From Flavobacteriales bacterium (GTDB lineage: Bacteria; Bacteroidota; Bacteroidia; Flavobacteriales_F; PHOS-HE28), in assembly GCA_046596155.1 (NCBI GenBank), contig JBKJNF010000297.1, positions 1 through 44,554 on the forward strand: a DNA stretch of 44,554 nucleotides, read 5' to 3'. The notes under the pieces are model-generated. The model searched no databases and had not been told where the DNA came from. It saw only the letters and a list, made by a program, of their open reading frames with translations. How positions within the stretch are numbered: position 1 is the first letter of the stretch; the number at the start of each line of letters is the position of its first letter. A program made the translations under genes and the position numbers. Positions 17,113 through 26,249 of the stretch are shown in pieces.

Positions 17113-18558
17113 ATGACCCGCCGCTCCTCTATTAACGCGCTGCTGATACTGGCCCTGCCAGCCATGACTGCGGCACAGAGCACCTTGGACGCCATCGTGG
17201 AGACCAAGCGCTTCCATGTTCCAGGTCAGGGTGAGCAGGTGGACATCAACATCGCCGTGCTGGGAGGTAGCGCACAGTGGAAGCCCAATGAGCGCGGTCT
17301 GTTGCAAGCCCAGGTAGAGGCGTTAACGATCATCGAAAAGGACAGCGCCATCGTGGACTACCGCAAGAGCCTGGTACTCGGACCGGAGCGTAGTGATAGC
17401 ATTCGCAATGACTTCATCGTTCAGGAGCATTTCGTACTGCCCGTGGGCGACTATTCCATGAGCGTGGAACTGCGTGATATGAACGGTACTGCGGAGAACC
17501 GCTCGCTCTGGAAGGGGCCCCTGCCCGTTGCCGCCCAGCCCAAAGGCACCCACTTTTCCGACGTGCTCCTTACGGCTGGAACCACCACGGATACCCAGGG
17601 CAATAAGGTGCCTTCGCCCTACACCGGCACGTACTTCCCCGAGGAGCAGAAGGACCTTGGCTTTTACACGGAGATCTATGGCACCGACGAGCGCTTCGGC
17701 AAGGACAGCCTGTTCGTATTGAACTACGCGATCGAGACGTACGAATCGCACCAGGTGAAGGGGCAGTTCAAACACACGCAACGCATGAAGGCTGGGCCTG
17801 TGGTGCCTGTTTCTGTGCAGTTCGGCATCGGGGACCTCCCTTCTGGCAACTACCTCGTGGCCATTGAAGCCGTGGACCGTAGCGGGCAGGTGGTGGCGCG
17901 ACAGGAACAGTTCATACAACGGAATAACCCGCTGAAGTACGACCTGAACACCTTGGCAACACAGGACCTGGGCAGCACGTTCGTGGATGCGATCACCGAC
18001 CTGGACACCTTGGCCGAGAACGTGGCCTGCCTGCGTCCGATCGCGGATGACCTAGAACGCCGCATGATCGACGACCGCTGGAAGGACCGCGATCCCACCT
18101 TGATGAAGCGCTTTTTCTACACCTTCTGGGTGAATCGTGACGGCTTCGATCCGGAAGGCGCTTGGCTGAAGTACCGCACACAGGTGAAGGCTGCCAACCG
18201 GTTGTATGGATGCCGGAACATCCGGGGCTACGAATCGGACCAAGGCATCACCTTCCTAAAATACGGTCTGCCCAGCACCGTGGTCGATGGCAGCAACGAC
18301 AACAAACAGCTACCCTACCTCATTTGGCATTACTACAAGGCCGGCCGGTACAGCGATAGACGATTCGTCTTCTGGCAGCAGAATGTAGGCATAGGCTGCT
18401 GGGAACTGCTGCATTCTGAGATGCCGGGCGAAGTGAAGAATCCGCGCTGGCAGAGCATGCTGAGCGCCCCGTTGGGGCCGGCTTCGATGTCCGACGGCAC
18501 CCGGGTGTACTCCATCGAGGGACAGCGCGTGGAGGACAATTTCAACAATCCGCACTAG
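17113..18558 (+). CDS. GWxTD-domain-like secreted protein
   Basis: Signal peptide MTRRSSINALLILALPAMTAAQS (ATG 17113). The C-terminal block is FWVNRDGFDPEGAWLKYRTQVKAANRLYGCRNIRGYESDQGITFLKYGLPS...YLIWHYYKAGRYSDRRFVFWQQN. This resembles the GWxTD family, with the signature degenerated to GYESD. Confidence 0.75.
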   Translation: MTRRSSINALLILALPAMTAAQSTLDAIVETKRFHVPGQGEQVDINIAVLGGSAQWKPNERGLLQAQVEALTIIEKDSAIVDYRKSLVLGPERSDSIRNDFIVQEHFVLPVGDYSMSVELRDMNGTAENRSLWKGPLPVAAQPKGTHFSDVLLTAGTTTDTQGNKVPSPYTGTYFPEEQKDLGFYTEIYGTDERFGKDSLFVLNYAIETYESHQVKGQFKHTQRMKAGPVVPVSVQFGIGDLPSGNYLVAIEAVDRSGQVVARQEQFIQRNNPLKYDLNTLATQDLGSTFVDAITDLDTLAENVACLRPIADDLERRMIDDRWKDRDPTLMKRFFYTFWVNRDGFDPEGAWLKYRTQVKAANRLYGCRNIRGYESDQGITFLKYGLPSTVVDGSNDNKQLPYLIWHYYKAGRYSDRRFVFWQQNVGIGCWELLHSEMPGEVKNPRWQSMLSAPLGPASMSDGTRVYSIEGQRVEDNFNNPH

Positions 18559-18572
18559 GCGGCACGCCTGCA

Positions 18573-19634
18573 GTGTCCATTTTTGCCGCCCCAATGATGC
18601 GGATGGATACGGCAGTGGTCATACTGAACTGGAACGGTGCGCGCTGGCTCCGGGAGTTCCTGCCGCAGGTAGTGGAACACTCGCGTGATGACGCTCGCGT
18701 GATCGTGGCGGACAATGGCAGCACGGATGGGTCGCTTGCGTGGTTGCGGGCCAATACGCCCGAGGTGGAGGTCATCGAATTGGGCAGCAACCTCGGCTTC
18801 GCAGGTGGATACAATGCCGCGTTGGCCAGCGTGGACGCGCCGATGTGCGTACTGCTCAATTCCGATGTGGAAGTTACACCTGGCTGGGTGGCTACGCTCC
18901 GCGGCTATCTGGAGCGCGACCCGCGCATGGCGGCCTGCCAGCCCAAGGTACTGAGCCATGCCGATCGCACGCGATTCGAACATGCCGGTGCAGCCGGTGG
19001 CTACATCGATCGAAACGGCTATCCCTTCTGTCGTGGCCGCATCTTCGAGATCACTGAAACGGATACACACCAGTACGATGATGAGCGGGAGGTGTTCTGG
19101 GCCACGGGCTGTTGTATGATGATCCGCAGCGCCGCCTTCCGTGAGGCCGGCGGTTTCGATGAGTCGCTCTTTGCGCATATGGAGGAGATCGATCTGTGCT
19201 GGCGTTTACGTCGCACGGGATGGCGCATCGGCTACACGAGCAAGGCCGTGGTGTACCACGTGGGTGGCGGTGCCTTGGGATACGGAAGTTCGCGTAAGAC
19301 CTACCTGAACTTCCGCAACAGCCTGTGTGTCCTCACGAAGAATCTCCGCTCCCGCTGGATCATGACACGGATCGCGCGGCGACTTACACTGGACATATTC
19401 GCGGCGATCAAGTTCCTACTGGAAGGACATGCGCCGCACGCGTGGATGGTGGGTCGTGCGCATCGCCATTTCCTGGTCCGCCTTCCCGCCCTCTTGCGAG
19501 AGCGGCGTCGGCTGGCTGGGTTGGAGCATGATGCGGACCTCACGGGTCAGTACCAACGCAGCGTAGCGTATGATCGCTTCATCCTTCGGCAGAAGACCTT
19601 TCCGCAGTTGGACGTGACGGCCTTCAGCGAGTGA
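18573..19634 (+). CDS. Family 2 glycosyltransferase
   Basis: VVILNWNGARWL, VADNGSTDGS, NLGFAGGYN and LLNSDVEV form the typical GT2 Rossmann-like N-terminus. The 3' end overlaps the aroQ 3' end by 11 nt. Confidence 0.88.
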   Translation: MSIFAAPMMRMDTAVVILNWNGARWLREFLPQVVEHSRDDARVIVADNGSTDGSLAWLRANTPEVEVIELGSNLGFAGGYNAALASVDAPMCVLLNSDVEVTPGWVATLRGYLERDPRMAACQPKVLSHADRTRFEHAGAAGGYIDRNGYPFCRGRIFEITETDTHQYDDEREVFWATGCCMMIRSAAFREAGGFDESLFAHMEEIDLCWRLRRTGWRIGYTSKAVVYHVGGGALGYGSSRKTYLNFRNSLCVLTKNLRSRWIMTRIARRLTLDIFAAIKFLLEGHAPHAWMVGRAHRHFLVRLPALLRERRRLAGLEHDADLTGQYQRSVAYDRFILRQKTFPQLDVTAFSE

Positions 19635-20043
19635 GGTAGGCGATCGCCATCGCGTAGCCTTCTGCACCGAAACCCGTGATCACACCCACACATTTCGCCG
19701 CGGTGAGCGAGCGTTCGCGGAATTCCTCTCGGGCATGGATGTTCGACAGGTGCACTTCCACCACGGGGATCCGCAATGCGCCGATGGCATCTCGCAGCGC
19801 CACGCTAGTATGTGTGTAGCCGCCCGCGTTCAGCACCACGCCGTCGTGGTCACCATCCGCGGCCTGTAACGTGTTTATCAACTCCCCTTCCACGTTGCTC
19901 TGGTGATGTAGCAGGGTGTGCTCCTTGAAACGTTCACGCAGCTGCTCCAGGATGTCCTCCAGAGTGCGTGTGCCATAGATAGCAGGCTCGCGTGTGCCGA
20001 GGAGGTTGAGGTTGGGACCGTTGAGGAGCAGGATGCGGGCCAT
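19624..20043 (-). CDS. aroQ: Type II 3-dehydroquinate dehydratase
   Basis: MARILLLNGPNLNLLGTREPAIYG...HQSNVEGELI...LNAGGYTHTSVALRDA...VEVHLSNIHAREEFR. The ATG is at 20043. The rest of the 308-aa track ORF is an unsupported extension. Confidence 0.93.
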   Translation of the reverse strand: MARILLLNGPNLNLLGTREPAIYGTRTLEDILEQLRERFKEHTLLHHQSNVEGELINTLQAADGDHDGVVLNAGGYTHTSVALRDAIGALRIPVVEVHLSNIHAREEFRERSLTAAKCVGVITGFGAEGYAMAIAYLTR

Positions 20044-20131
20044 GATCAGTGTGTAGGTCCCATAGGAACCCGCACCAATGATAGTGCGCTTGGAGCTGCG
20101 CGCGGATGGTGGGACGAGCTTCCTTTGCAGC

Positions 20132-21412
20132 ATGGATGCTTCCCCCCTGGCCGAACGCATGCGTCCGCGCCACCTAGGCGAGGTGGTGGGCCAGGAACAT
20201 TTGGTGGGTCCGGAAGGTGTGCTGTTGAAGGCGCTGGCCGCCGGCATGCTGCCCAGCATGATCCTGTGGGGTCCGCCTGGAGTTGGAAAGACCACCTTGG
20301 CGCGGCTCATCGCCGAGAAGCTGGGTAGGCCTTTCCATACGCTCAGCGCCATTAGCAGTGGTGTGAAGGATGTGCGGGAGGTCATCGAGAAGGCCGGGGG
20401 ATCGGGACTCTTTTCGCGCAGCGCCGTGCTGTTCATCGACGAGATCCATCGCTTCAGCAAGGCCCAGCAGGATTCGTTACTGGGCGCAGTGGAACGCGGC
20501 ACCATCACCCTCATCGGCGCCACAACGGAGAATCCTTCGTTCGAGGTCATCGGCGCCTTGCTCTCGCGCTGTCAGGTGTATGTATTGAAGCCCTTGGCCC
20601 AAGAGGAACTGCTCTCCCTGCTGCACCGGGCGATGGAACAGGACGAGGAACTGAAAACGCGGTCGATCGAACTGAAGGACATCGATGCACTGATGCGCGC
20701 CAGCGGAGGCGATGCGCGACGCTTACTCAACACCTTCGAGCTGTGCGTCAAGGCCTCGGGCGAAGGTCCGGTGGCGCTCACAGATGCCCTGGTGCACCAG
20801 GTGGTGCAGAGCAACGCGGCGCGATATGACAAGCAGGGAGAGCAGCATTACGACATCGTCAGCGCCTTCATCAAGAGCATCCGCGGCAGCGATCCGAACG
20901 CAGCCGTGTATTGGCTGGCACGCATGGTGGAAGGTGGTGAGGATCCGAACTTCATCGCGCGTCGCATGGTGATCCTGGCCAGCGAGGACATCGGCAACGC
21001 CGACCCCAACGCGCTGTTAATGGCAACCACGGCGATGCAAGCCGCGCAGATGATCGGCTGGCCCGAAAGCCGGATCATCCTGAGCCAATGCGCCATCCAT
21101 CTGGCGTGTGCTCAGAAGAGCAACAGCGCATACTTGGCCATCGGCGCGGCCCAGGCTGAAGTGCAGCGCAGCGGCGACCTGGCCGTACCTCTGCACCTGC
21201 GCAATGCGCCCACGAAGCTGATGAAAGAACTAGGGCACGGCAAGGGCTACCAGTACAGCCACGATCAACCTGACCACGCTGGCGATCAGCAGTTCCTGCC
21301 CGACGGGATCGACGGTATGCACTTCTACACGCCGGGTGACAATCCACGCGAACAGAAATACGCTGAACTGCTCGATCGTATCTGGAAGGCCCGGTACGGC
21401 AGGTCGCGCTGA
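20132..21412 (+). CDS. rarA: Replication-associated recombination protein A (AAA+ ATPase)
   Basis: MDASPLAERMRPRHLGEVVGQEHLVG, Walker A GPPGVGKTTLA, LFIDEIHRFSKAQQD, and the MgsA C-terminal block YDKQGEQHYDIVSAFIKSIRGSDPNAAVYWLARM. Confidence 0.93.
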   Translation: MDASPLAERMRPRHLGEVVGQEHLVGPEGVLLKALAAGMLPSMILWGPPGVGKTTLARLIAEKLGRPFHTLSAISSGVKDVREVIEKAGGSGLFSRSAVLFIDEIHRFSKAQQDSLLGAVERGTITLIGATTENPSFEVIGALLSRCQVYVLKPLAQEELLSLLHRAMEQDEELKTRSIELKDIDALMRASGGDARRLLNTFELCVKASGEGPVALTDALVHQVVQSNAARYDKQGEQHYDIVSAFIKSIRGSDPNAAVYWLARMVEGGEDPNFIARRMVILASEDIGNADPNALLMATTAMQAAQMIGWPESRIILSQCAIHLACAQKSNSAYLAIGAAQAEVQRSGDLAVPLHLRNAPTKLMKELGHGKGYQYSHDQPDHAGDQQFLPDGIDGMHFYTPGDNPREQKYAELLDRIWKARYGRSR

Positions 21413-21417
21413 AGGCT

Positions 21418-21870
21418 TCAGTGACTGCGTTCGTTCTCCAGGAAGTTCTGATGAAGGTCGTAAATGATGCCGAAGCTGACCACCAGTCCCCCCAACCCCT
21501 GTTCCAGCATCTGCCAGAACACATCCACCACGATGTGAATGGCCTGTTTGTCCGTGAAGGACATTCCAAAAATGAAGGCGATAAGGAACACGACGAACCC
21601 AAATATGGCCCCCAAGAGCAGGCCTTTCAGCGGAAAGCCCTGCTTGATGGTGATCCAATCATGCGCGATGGCCTGATGCATGGCAACGGTCATTCCCAGG
21701 CCGATGAGCACGTAGACCAGGGCGGATAGCGAGAAATACAAGGGTAGCGGGGTGCGCACCTCATGCAGGTCGTTCAGAGCCACACCATGCCACAGGTAGG
21801 ACAAGCCGAACATCAGGAGAGCGCTCCCTATCCAAGGAAGCAGAAAGCGACGTTCGCGTAACCTGGCCAT
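21418..21870 (-). CDS. Small integral membrane protein, unknown function (about 4 TM segments)
   Basis: 150 aa with four hydrophobic stretches (WIGSALLMFGLSYLW, LSALVYVLIGLGMTVAM, LLLGAIFGFVVFLIAFIFG, GLGGLVVSFGII). I recognise no family. Confidence 0.65.
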   Translation of the reverse strand: MARLRERRFLLPWIGSALLMFGLSYLWHGVALNDLHEVRTPLPLYFSLSALVYVLIGLGMTVAMHQAIAHDWITIKQGFPLKGLLLGAIFGFVVFLIAFIFGMSFTDKQAIHIVVDVFWQMLEQGLGGLVVSFGIIYDLHQNFLENERSH

Positions 21871-21949
21871 GACCTTATTCCAACAGCAAAACTAATCGGT
21901 CCAACGTCCTTTGACGAGCGAAGTTGCCCACCGTGGCTACCTTGCCCAC

Positions 21950-23584
21950 ATGAAGGAACGCACCGGACCCTGGCAGGTTGCCTGCGCACTTCTGGCGGTG
22001 CTGCCCCTGCTGGGCGGATGCCGGAAGGAACCTGCGCGCCCGTCGTGGGATGTTGACCTGGCCGTTCCGTTGGTGCACACTACGCTGGGCCTGGGCGACC
22101 TCATCGCGGACAGCCTGCTCCAGACCGACGTCAGCGGGAACGTCACCCTCCTCTACTCAACCCGCCTTTTCGCCCTGAAGCTTGACACCATCCTTTCGGC
22201 CCCCGACACCAGCTTCCGCTACAAGTACCCGCCCTTCGACCTGGGCAGCAGCACACTGAACATCTTCCCGGGCACCCAGTTCCAAGCGGTGAATGATGTG
22301 AACCGCTTTGACTTGGAGGATCTCCAGCTGAGCGAGCTGCGCGTGCGCTCGGGCAGCTTGGGTGTAACGCTCACGAACCGGCTGGGTACGTCGATCCTGT
22401 GCAGTTTCTCCTTACCGGCGGCCAACCTCAATGGAACGGTGCTGGGCTTGCAGACCTCCGTGCTGCCTGGCAGCGCACAAAACCCCAGCGTACATGCCGA
22501 TGCGATCCTCTTGGACGGCTATCACTTCGACCTGCGCGGGCCGACATTCAACGAGGTGAACACGCTGGCCACCATCCTGTCGCTCACCACCGACCCGAAC
22601 GGACCGGACGTGGTCATGAGCAACGCGGACAGTGTGGAGGCATTGGTGAGCTACGCCGACATCGTTCCGGCTTATGCCCGCGGCTATTTCGGCACACGCA
22701 TCATCACCATCGATCCGGACACTGTACCGCTCGACCTGTTCAACGGGGTATCCGGGTTGCTGGATCTCGAGGATGCCACCGCGCGCTTGCATGTGCGCAA
22801 TGGCATCGGCGTGGATGTGCGTGCGCGGATCAACCGTATCCGTGGCATCAACTCACGAACGAACACCCAGTTGGACCTAGCACATACCATCACCACATCG
22901 CCGTTGAACGTGGATCGCGCGCTGGATCTCGGCGGCACGTTCCAGGCTGCACAGAACAACTGGAGCATCGCTTCATCGAACAGCAACATCGTCCCCTTCG
23001 TGGAACTGCTTCCGGACCGCATCGCGTATGACCTCGATGTCACCATTGCCCCGCTAGGTGATGTGAGCAACGGCAACGATTTCTTCTACTATGCAAGCGA
23101 CCTGTCGGCCGACCTGGACGTGGAGATCCCGCTAAGACTGGCAGCAACGGACCTCACGCTCTCGAAGACCACCCAGCTTGATCTGGGTGGCACGCTGGAA
23201 CACCACGCCTTGCAGGGCGGCACTTTGCATGTCTTCACCACCAACCGCTTTCCCTTCTCGGCCACCATGCGATTGGTGATAGTGGACCTGGATAACAACG
23301 TTCTTGCTGAACTTGCACCGGGCGGCACTATTGCCTCGGCTGCGGTCAATGCGAACGGACTAGTTACATCGGGCACGGAAAGCCAGTTGGACTTCACCAT
23401 CACGCCGGAGCAAGTTGACCTGTTCTACGCGGGATCCAGCGCAGGACCCGATGGTGCACGATTACGCATAGACGCCACCTTCAATACGGCCAGCCAGCCG
23501 GATCATATACAGCTCCGGCATGAACACACCATGGACATCACCGTATCGCTGGAGGGCAACTACATTGTGAACGGGGATGAATAG
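21950..23584 (+). CDS. Lipoprotein of unknown function
   Basis: ATG 21950. MKERTGPWQVACALLAVLPLLGGCRKEP carries a lipobox (LLGGC). The body is a long beta-rich region with no motif I recognise. The 3' end overlaps the next gene by 8 nt. Confidence 0.72.
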   Translation: MKERTGPWQVACALLAVLPLLGGCRKEPARPSWDVDLAVPLVHTTLGLGDLIADSLLQTDVSGNVTLLYSTRLFALKLDTILSAPDTSFRYKYPPFDLGSSTLNIFPGTQFQAVNDVNRFDLEDLQLSELRVRSGSLGVTLTNRLGTSILCSFSLPAANLNGTVLGLQTSVLPGSAQNPSVHADAILLDGYHFDLRGPTFNEVNTLATILSLTTDPNGPDVVMSNADSVEALVSYADIVPAYARGYFGTRIITIDPDTVPLDLFNGVSGLLDLEDATARLHVRNGIGVDVRARINRIRGINSRTNTQLDLAHTITTSPLNVDRALDLGGTFQAAQNNWSIASSNSNIVPFVELLPDRIAYDLDVTIAPLGDVSNGNDFFYYASDLSADLDVEIPLRLAATDLTLSKTTQLDLGGTLEHHALQGGTLHVFTTNRFPFSATMRLVIVDLDNNVLAELAPGGTIASAAVNANGLVTSGTESQLDFTITPEQVDLFYAGSSAGPDGARLRIDATFNTASQPDHIQLRHEHTMDITVSLEGNYIVNGDE

Positions 23585-24839
23585 GTACTGGTACCTTGTA
23601 CTCGGTTGTTGGTCACTATCGCTTGCCCTGCAGGCACAGGTTACGGACAGCTTATCGACAAGCCCAACTACACGCGTTGGCGATCCCGTGCCATTGGCCC
23701 CTCAAGCGCAGCACTTCCTGCGGATCGATGCGCTCGGCATGTTCGACTCGAACGTCCTGCGCAACGAACTGGTGATGGGCCTGTGGCGTGGCGAAGCGCT
23801 GGGTCGCGATCTGCGCCAGCGTTCACAACGCACGACACAGGCGGCCAACAGGGCCGGCTATGTGCTGGAGGGACGCATGAGCTATGCGTGGGGCAATGCC
23901 CTCTTTGGTGATCCGTCCATACGTCCACGTCTATCGGTCTCCTACGCTGATGTCATGGGCCTTCGCTATGCGGACGACCTGTACAGCGTGACCTTCTTCG
24001 GCAACGCGAGGTATGAGGACCGGGTGGCAGAACTAGGTCCGGCGTCGCTGGAACAAGTGCGCTACCAGACCTTCGGTTTCGGTATAGAGGACAAGGCCTC
24101 GCGCTCGTACTTCATGATCCAGTTGGTGAACGGACAACGACTCACGGGAGCCACCATCCGCCAAGCGGATCTGTTCACCGGCACCGATGGGCGCTACCTG
24201 CGCCTCGACCTGGATGGTGCCTTCGCGCAGAGCGATACGGCGGGTAATATGTTCTCGAATGGCGTGGGGCTCGCCATCAGCGCTGAGGTGGATCATGCCT
24301 TCATGTTCTGCAGGCGACCTGCGCAGTTCATCATCGGAATGAACGACCTGGGCGCCATCGCATGGAACGGGAATTCGCTTCGCGTGCCGAAGGACAGCAC
24401 CATCCGCTACGATGGCGTCCGAGTGGAGAACGTGATCGACCTGGAAGGCCTAGTGGTGGGACAGGACGGTCTGCAGGACACACTGGGCCTAGGCTATGAG
24501 CGCGGCGGCTTTCTGCGTCCCTTACCGGCGCGCGCGTTCGCCCGCTTGCGCGTGGAGGTGACCGACCGCATTGGGATCACCGCTCAGGTGGAGGGGCGGG
24601 CCTTACCCGGCTTTTTACCGCGCGCAACGATCGCCGGTGATCATCGCTTCGGCAGGAACGAGCGGGTTCGAGCGGAAGCATCAGCAGGCGGCTTCGGTGG
24701 GTGGCGCGTGGGCGCCGCGTGGGAACACCGCTTCTGCAAGGCGCTTCGCACCACGGTGGCGTTGGAGAATGCACTTGGCATGGTGAGCACGAATGCCCGC
24801 GGCAAGTCGCTATCGCTCGGGGTGGAACTGGAATGGTAG
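23577..24839 (+). CDS. Putative outer-membrane beta-barrel protein of unknown function
   Basis: Signal peptide MNRYWYLVLGCWSLSLALQAQ. The sequence has alternating amphipathic stretches and a C-terminal aromatic residue (LSLGVELEW), typical of OM barrels. Confidence 0.68.
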   Translation: MNRYWYLVLGCWSLSLALQAQVTDSLSTSPTTRVGDPVPLAPQAQHFLRIDALGMFDSNVLRNELVMGLWRGEALGRDLRQRSQRTTQAANRAGYVLEGRMSYAWGNALFGDPSIRPRLSVSYADVMGLRYADDLYSVTFFGNARYEDRVAELGPASLEQVRYQTFGFGIEDKASRSYFMIQLVNGQRLTGATIRQADLFTGTDGRYLRLDLDGAFAQSDTAGNMFSNGVGLAISAEVDHAFMFCRRPAQFIIGMNDLGAIAWNGNSLRVPKDSTIRYDGVRVENVIDLEGLVVGQDGLQDTLGLGYERGGFLRPLPARAFARLRVEVTDRIGITAQVEGRALPGFLPRATIAGDHRFGRNERVRAEASAGGFGGWRVGAAWEHRFCKALRTTVALENALGMVSTNARGKSLSLGVELEW

Positions 24840-24843
24840 CGTG

Positions 24844-26076
24844 CTACCGCGTTTCCGCCAACGCCTCGGTGGCGTACACCCGTTCAGTGCAGGCCTGGCC
24901 ATCCTTGAAGTAGACCACGGGTCCACGTTTGTGCGCCACGCGGCGATACTCGGTGAGCTTGTTCCCGTTATCCACTTCCACCTTCGTGATCACCTGGTTG
25001 GCTTCTACCATAAGCTCCTGTTTGCGGGTGACCTTCACTTCGGGCACCACAACTTCAGGGCGCGTTTCTGCCCCTAAGTTCACCTTTGCGGGCTGAATGC
25101 GCGAGGCCTCTTCCAGCTCCTTGGGGGCGAGGCCCCGGCGTGTGTCGCCACCCTCCTTGGGATCACCACGGGTGCCCTTCATCTGTGCAACAACAGGCTC
25201 CGGCTTCAGCTCGGGTCGCACCTTGGGGACCTTCACCTTGGCTACCGGCGCTGGGGGCGGCTCTGGCTTGGGTTCCGGCCTCGGTTTCGGAGCTGGCTTG
25301 GGCTTTGGAGGTGGTGGTTCCTTGGCCTTTCGGCTGTCCTCAGCAAGCCGCTCCTGTTCCGCCTTTTTCGCAGCGATCTCGGCTTTCTTGGTCTCGGCTT
25401 CTGCACGATCCTTCTCCTTTTGTACTGCAACTTCCTGCTCTTTCTGCACACGGGCCTGTTCCTTTGACGCATCAGCTTCTTGCTTGGCCTTGGCGGCATC
25501 CGCCTTGGCCTTGGACTTTTCCTCCTCCGCCTTCAGCTTGGCATCAGCATCGGCCTTGTGTTGTTCATCTGCCTGTTTCTGTTCCACCTCGGCTATCGTC
25601 TTCGCCAAAGCGCTCTGAATGCTCTTGGTATAGTCGGTATCATAGTCGAAATCATCGGCCGTGGCATCGTACCGGATCATGCCCACCGGTTGATTGAAGA
25701 CCACCGTGTTCACGCCTTCATACTGCTTGAACAGATTCACACCGAATTCGAAGGGGGTGAAGCCATTGGCGGCGGCCTCCGCTGGCGCATTGGTATCGAA
25801 ATCCAGCTTCTTTGTAACGAAGCCATCCTTAACGAACTCCAATTGATAGGTGGTATTCACCTCTAGCACAAGGGAGAACTTGTTAAGCCCGTTGGAGAGT
25901 GTGCGTTGCTTTTCCCCGGCCTTGTACACGATCACTTTCACACCTTCCAGACTTCCGCCGTCCACCTTCACGCGACCGTTGATGGTGAATGAACGTTGCG
26001 CGTAAAGGCTGGACATACCGGCGAATGCCAGTACGCCAGCCAATGCGCAAGTCCGAAGAGTGTTCCGGTAGGCCAT
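24844..26076 (-). CDS. Secreted modular protein: CarboxypepD_reg-like N-domain, Lys/Glu/Ala coiled coil, Pro/Lys-rich linker and a small C-terminal domain
   Basis: ATG 26076 gives MAYRNTLRTCALAGVLAFAGMSSLYAQ (signal peptide). This is followed by FTINGRVKVDGGSLEGVKVIVY, then KADADAKLKAEEEKSKAKADAAKAKQEADASKEQ..., then PPPPKPKPAPKPRPEPKPEPPPAP. The 63-codon upstream extension in the track is unsupported. Confidence 0.8.
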   Translation of the reverse strand: MAYRNTLRTCALAGVLAFAGMSSLYAQRSFTINGRVKVDGGSLEGVKVIVYKAGEKQRTLSNGLNKFSLVLEVNTTYQLEFVKDGFVTKKLDFDTNAPAEAAANGFTPFEFGVNLFKQYEGVNTVVFNQPVGMIRYDATADDFDYDTDYTKSIQSALAKTIAEVEQKQADEQHKADADAKLKAEEEKSKAKADAAKAKQEADASKEQARVQKEQEVAVQKEKDRAEAETKKAEIAAKKAEQERLAEDSRKAKEPPPPKPKPAPKPRPEPKPEPPPAPVAKVKVPKVRPELKPEPVVAQMKGTRGDPKEGGDTRRGLAPKELEEASRIQPAKVNLGAETRPEVVVPEVKVTRKQELMVEANQVITKVEVDNGNKLTEYRRVAHKRGPVVYFKDGQACTERVYATEALAETR

Positions 26077-26249
26077 CGTCACGCGAGCGTGGTGATCAGG
26101 CCTTTGGCGGCCAAAGCCGCCACAATGCCCACAACGAGGGCACCGGCCATGATCAGCGTTCGCGCAGCTACGGACAGATTCTTGTTTCCCATGTGGATCC
26201 CGAACTATTTGATGGTCGATACGTAACACGGCCACCAAAAGTTCCAACC

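Noticed and set aside
20044-20550. 5' extension making a 308-aa aroQ ORF
   Set aside because: AroQ homology begins exactly at MARILLLNGPNL (ATG 20043). The extension is antisense to rarA and has no similarity to anything I recognise.
24835-24848. Palindrome GGTAGC-GT-GCTACC containing both TAG stops of convergent genes (similarly TGAAG-G-CTTCA at 21410-21420)
   Set aside because: Facing stop codons are automatically reverse complements of each other. The extra 2-3 matching bases are within chance expectation, and the stems are too short to fold stably.
25197-25321. Periodic GC-rich repeat-looking DNA, considered as a tandem repeat, VNTR or CRISPR-like array
   Set aside because: It is the coding sequence of the Pro/Lys-rich spacer (PPPPKPKPAPKPRPEPKPEPPPAP) of the 24844..26076 protein. 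It shows codon-level periodicity only, with no spacer/repeat architecture.
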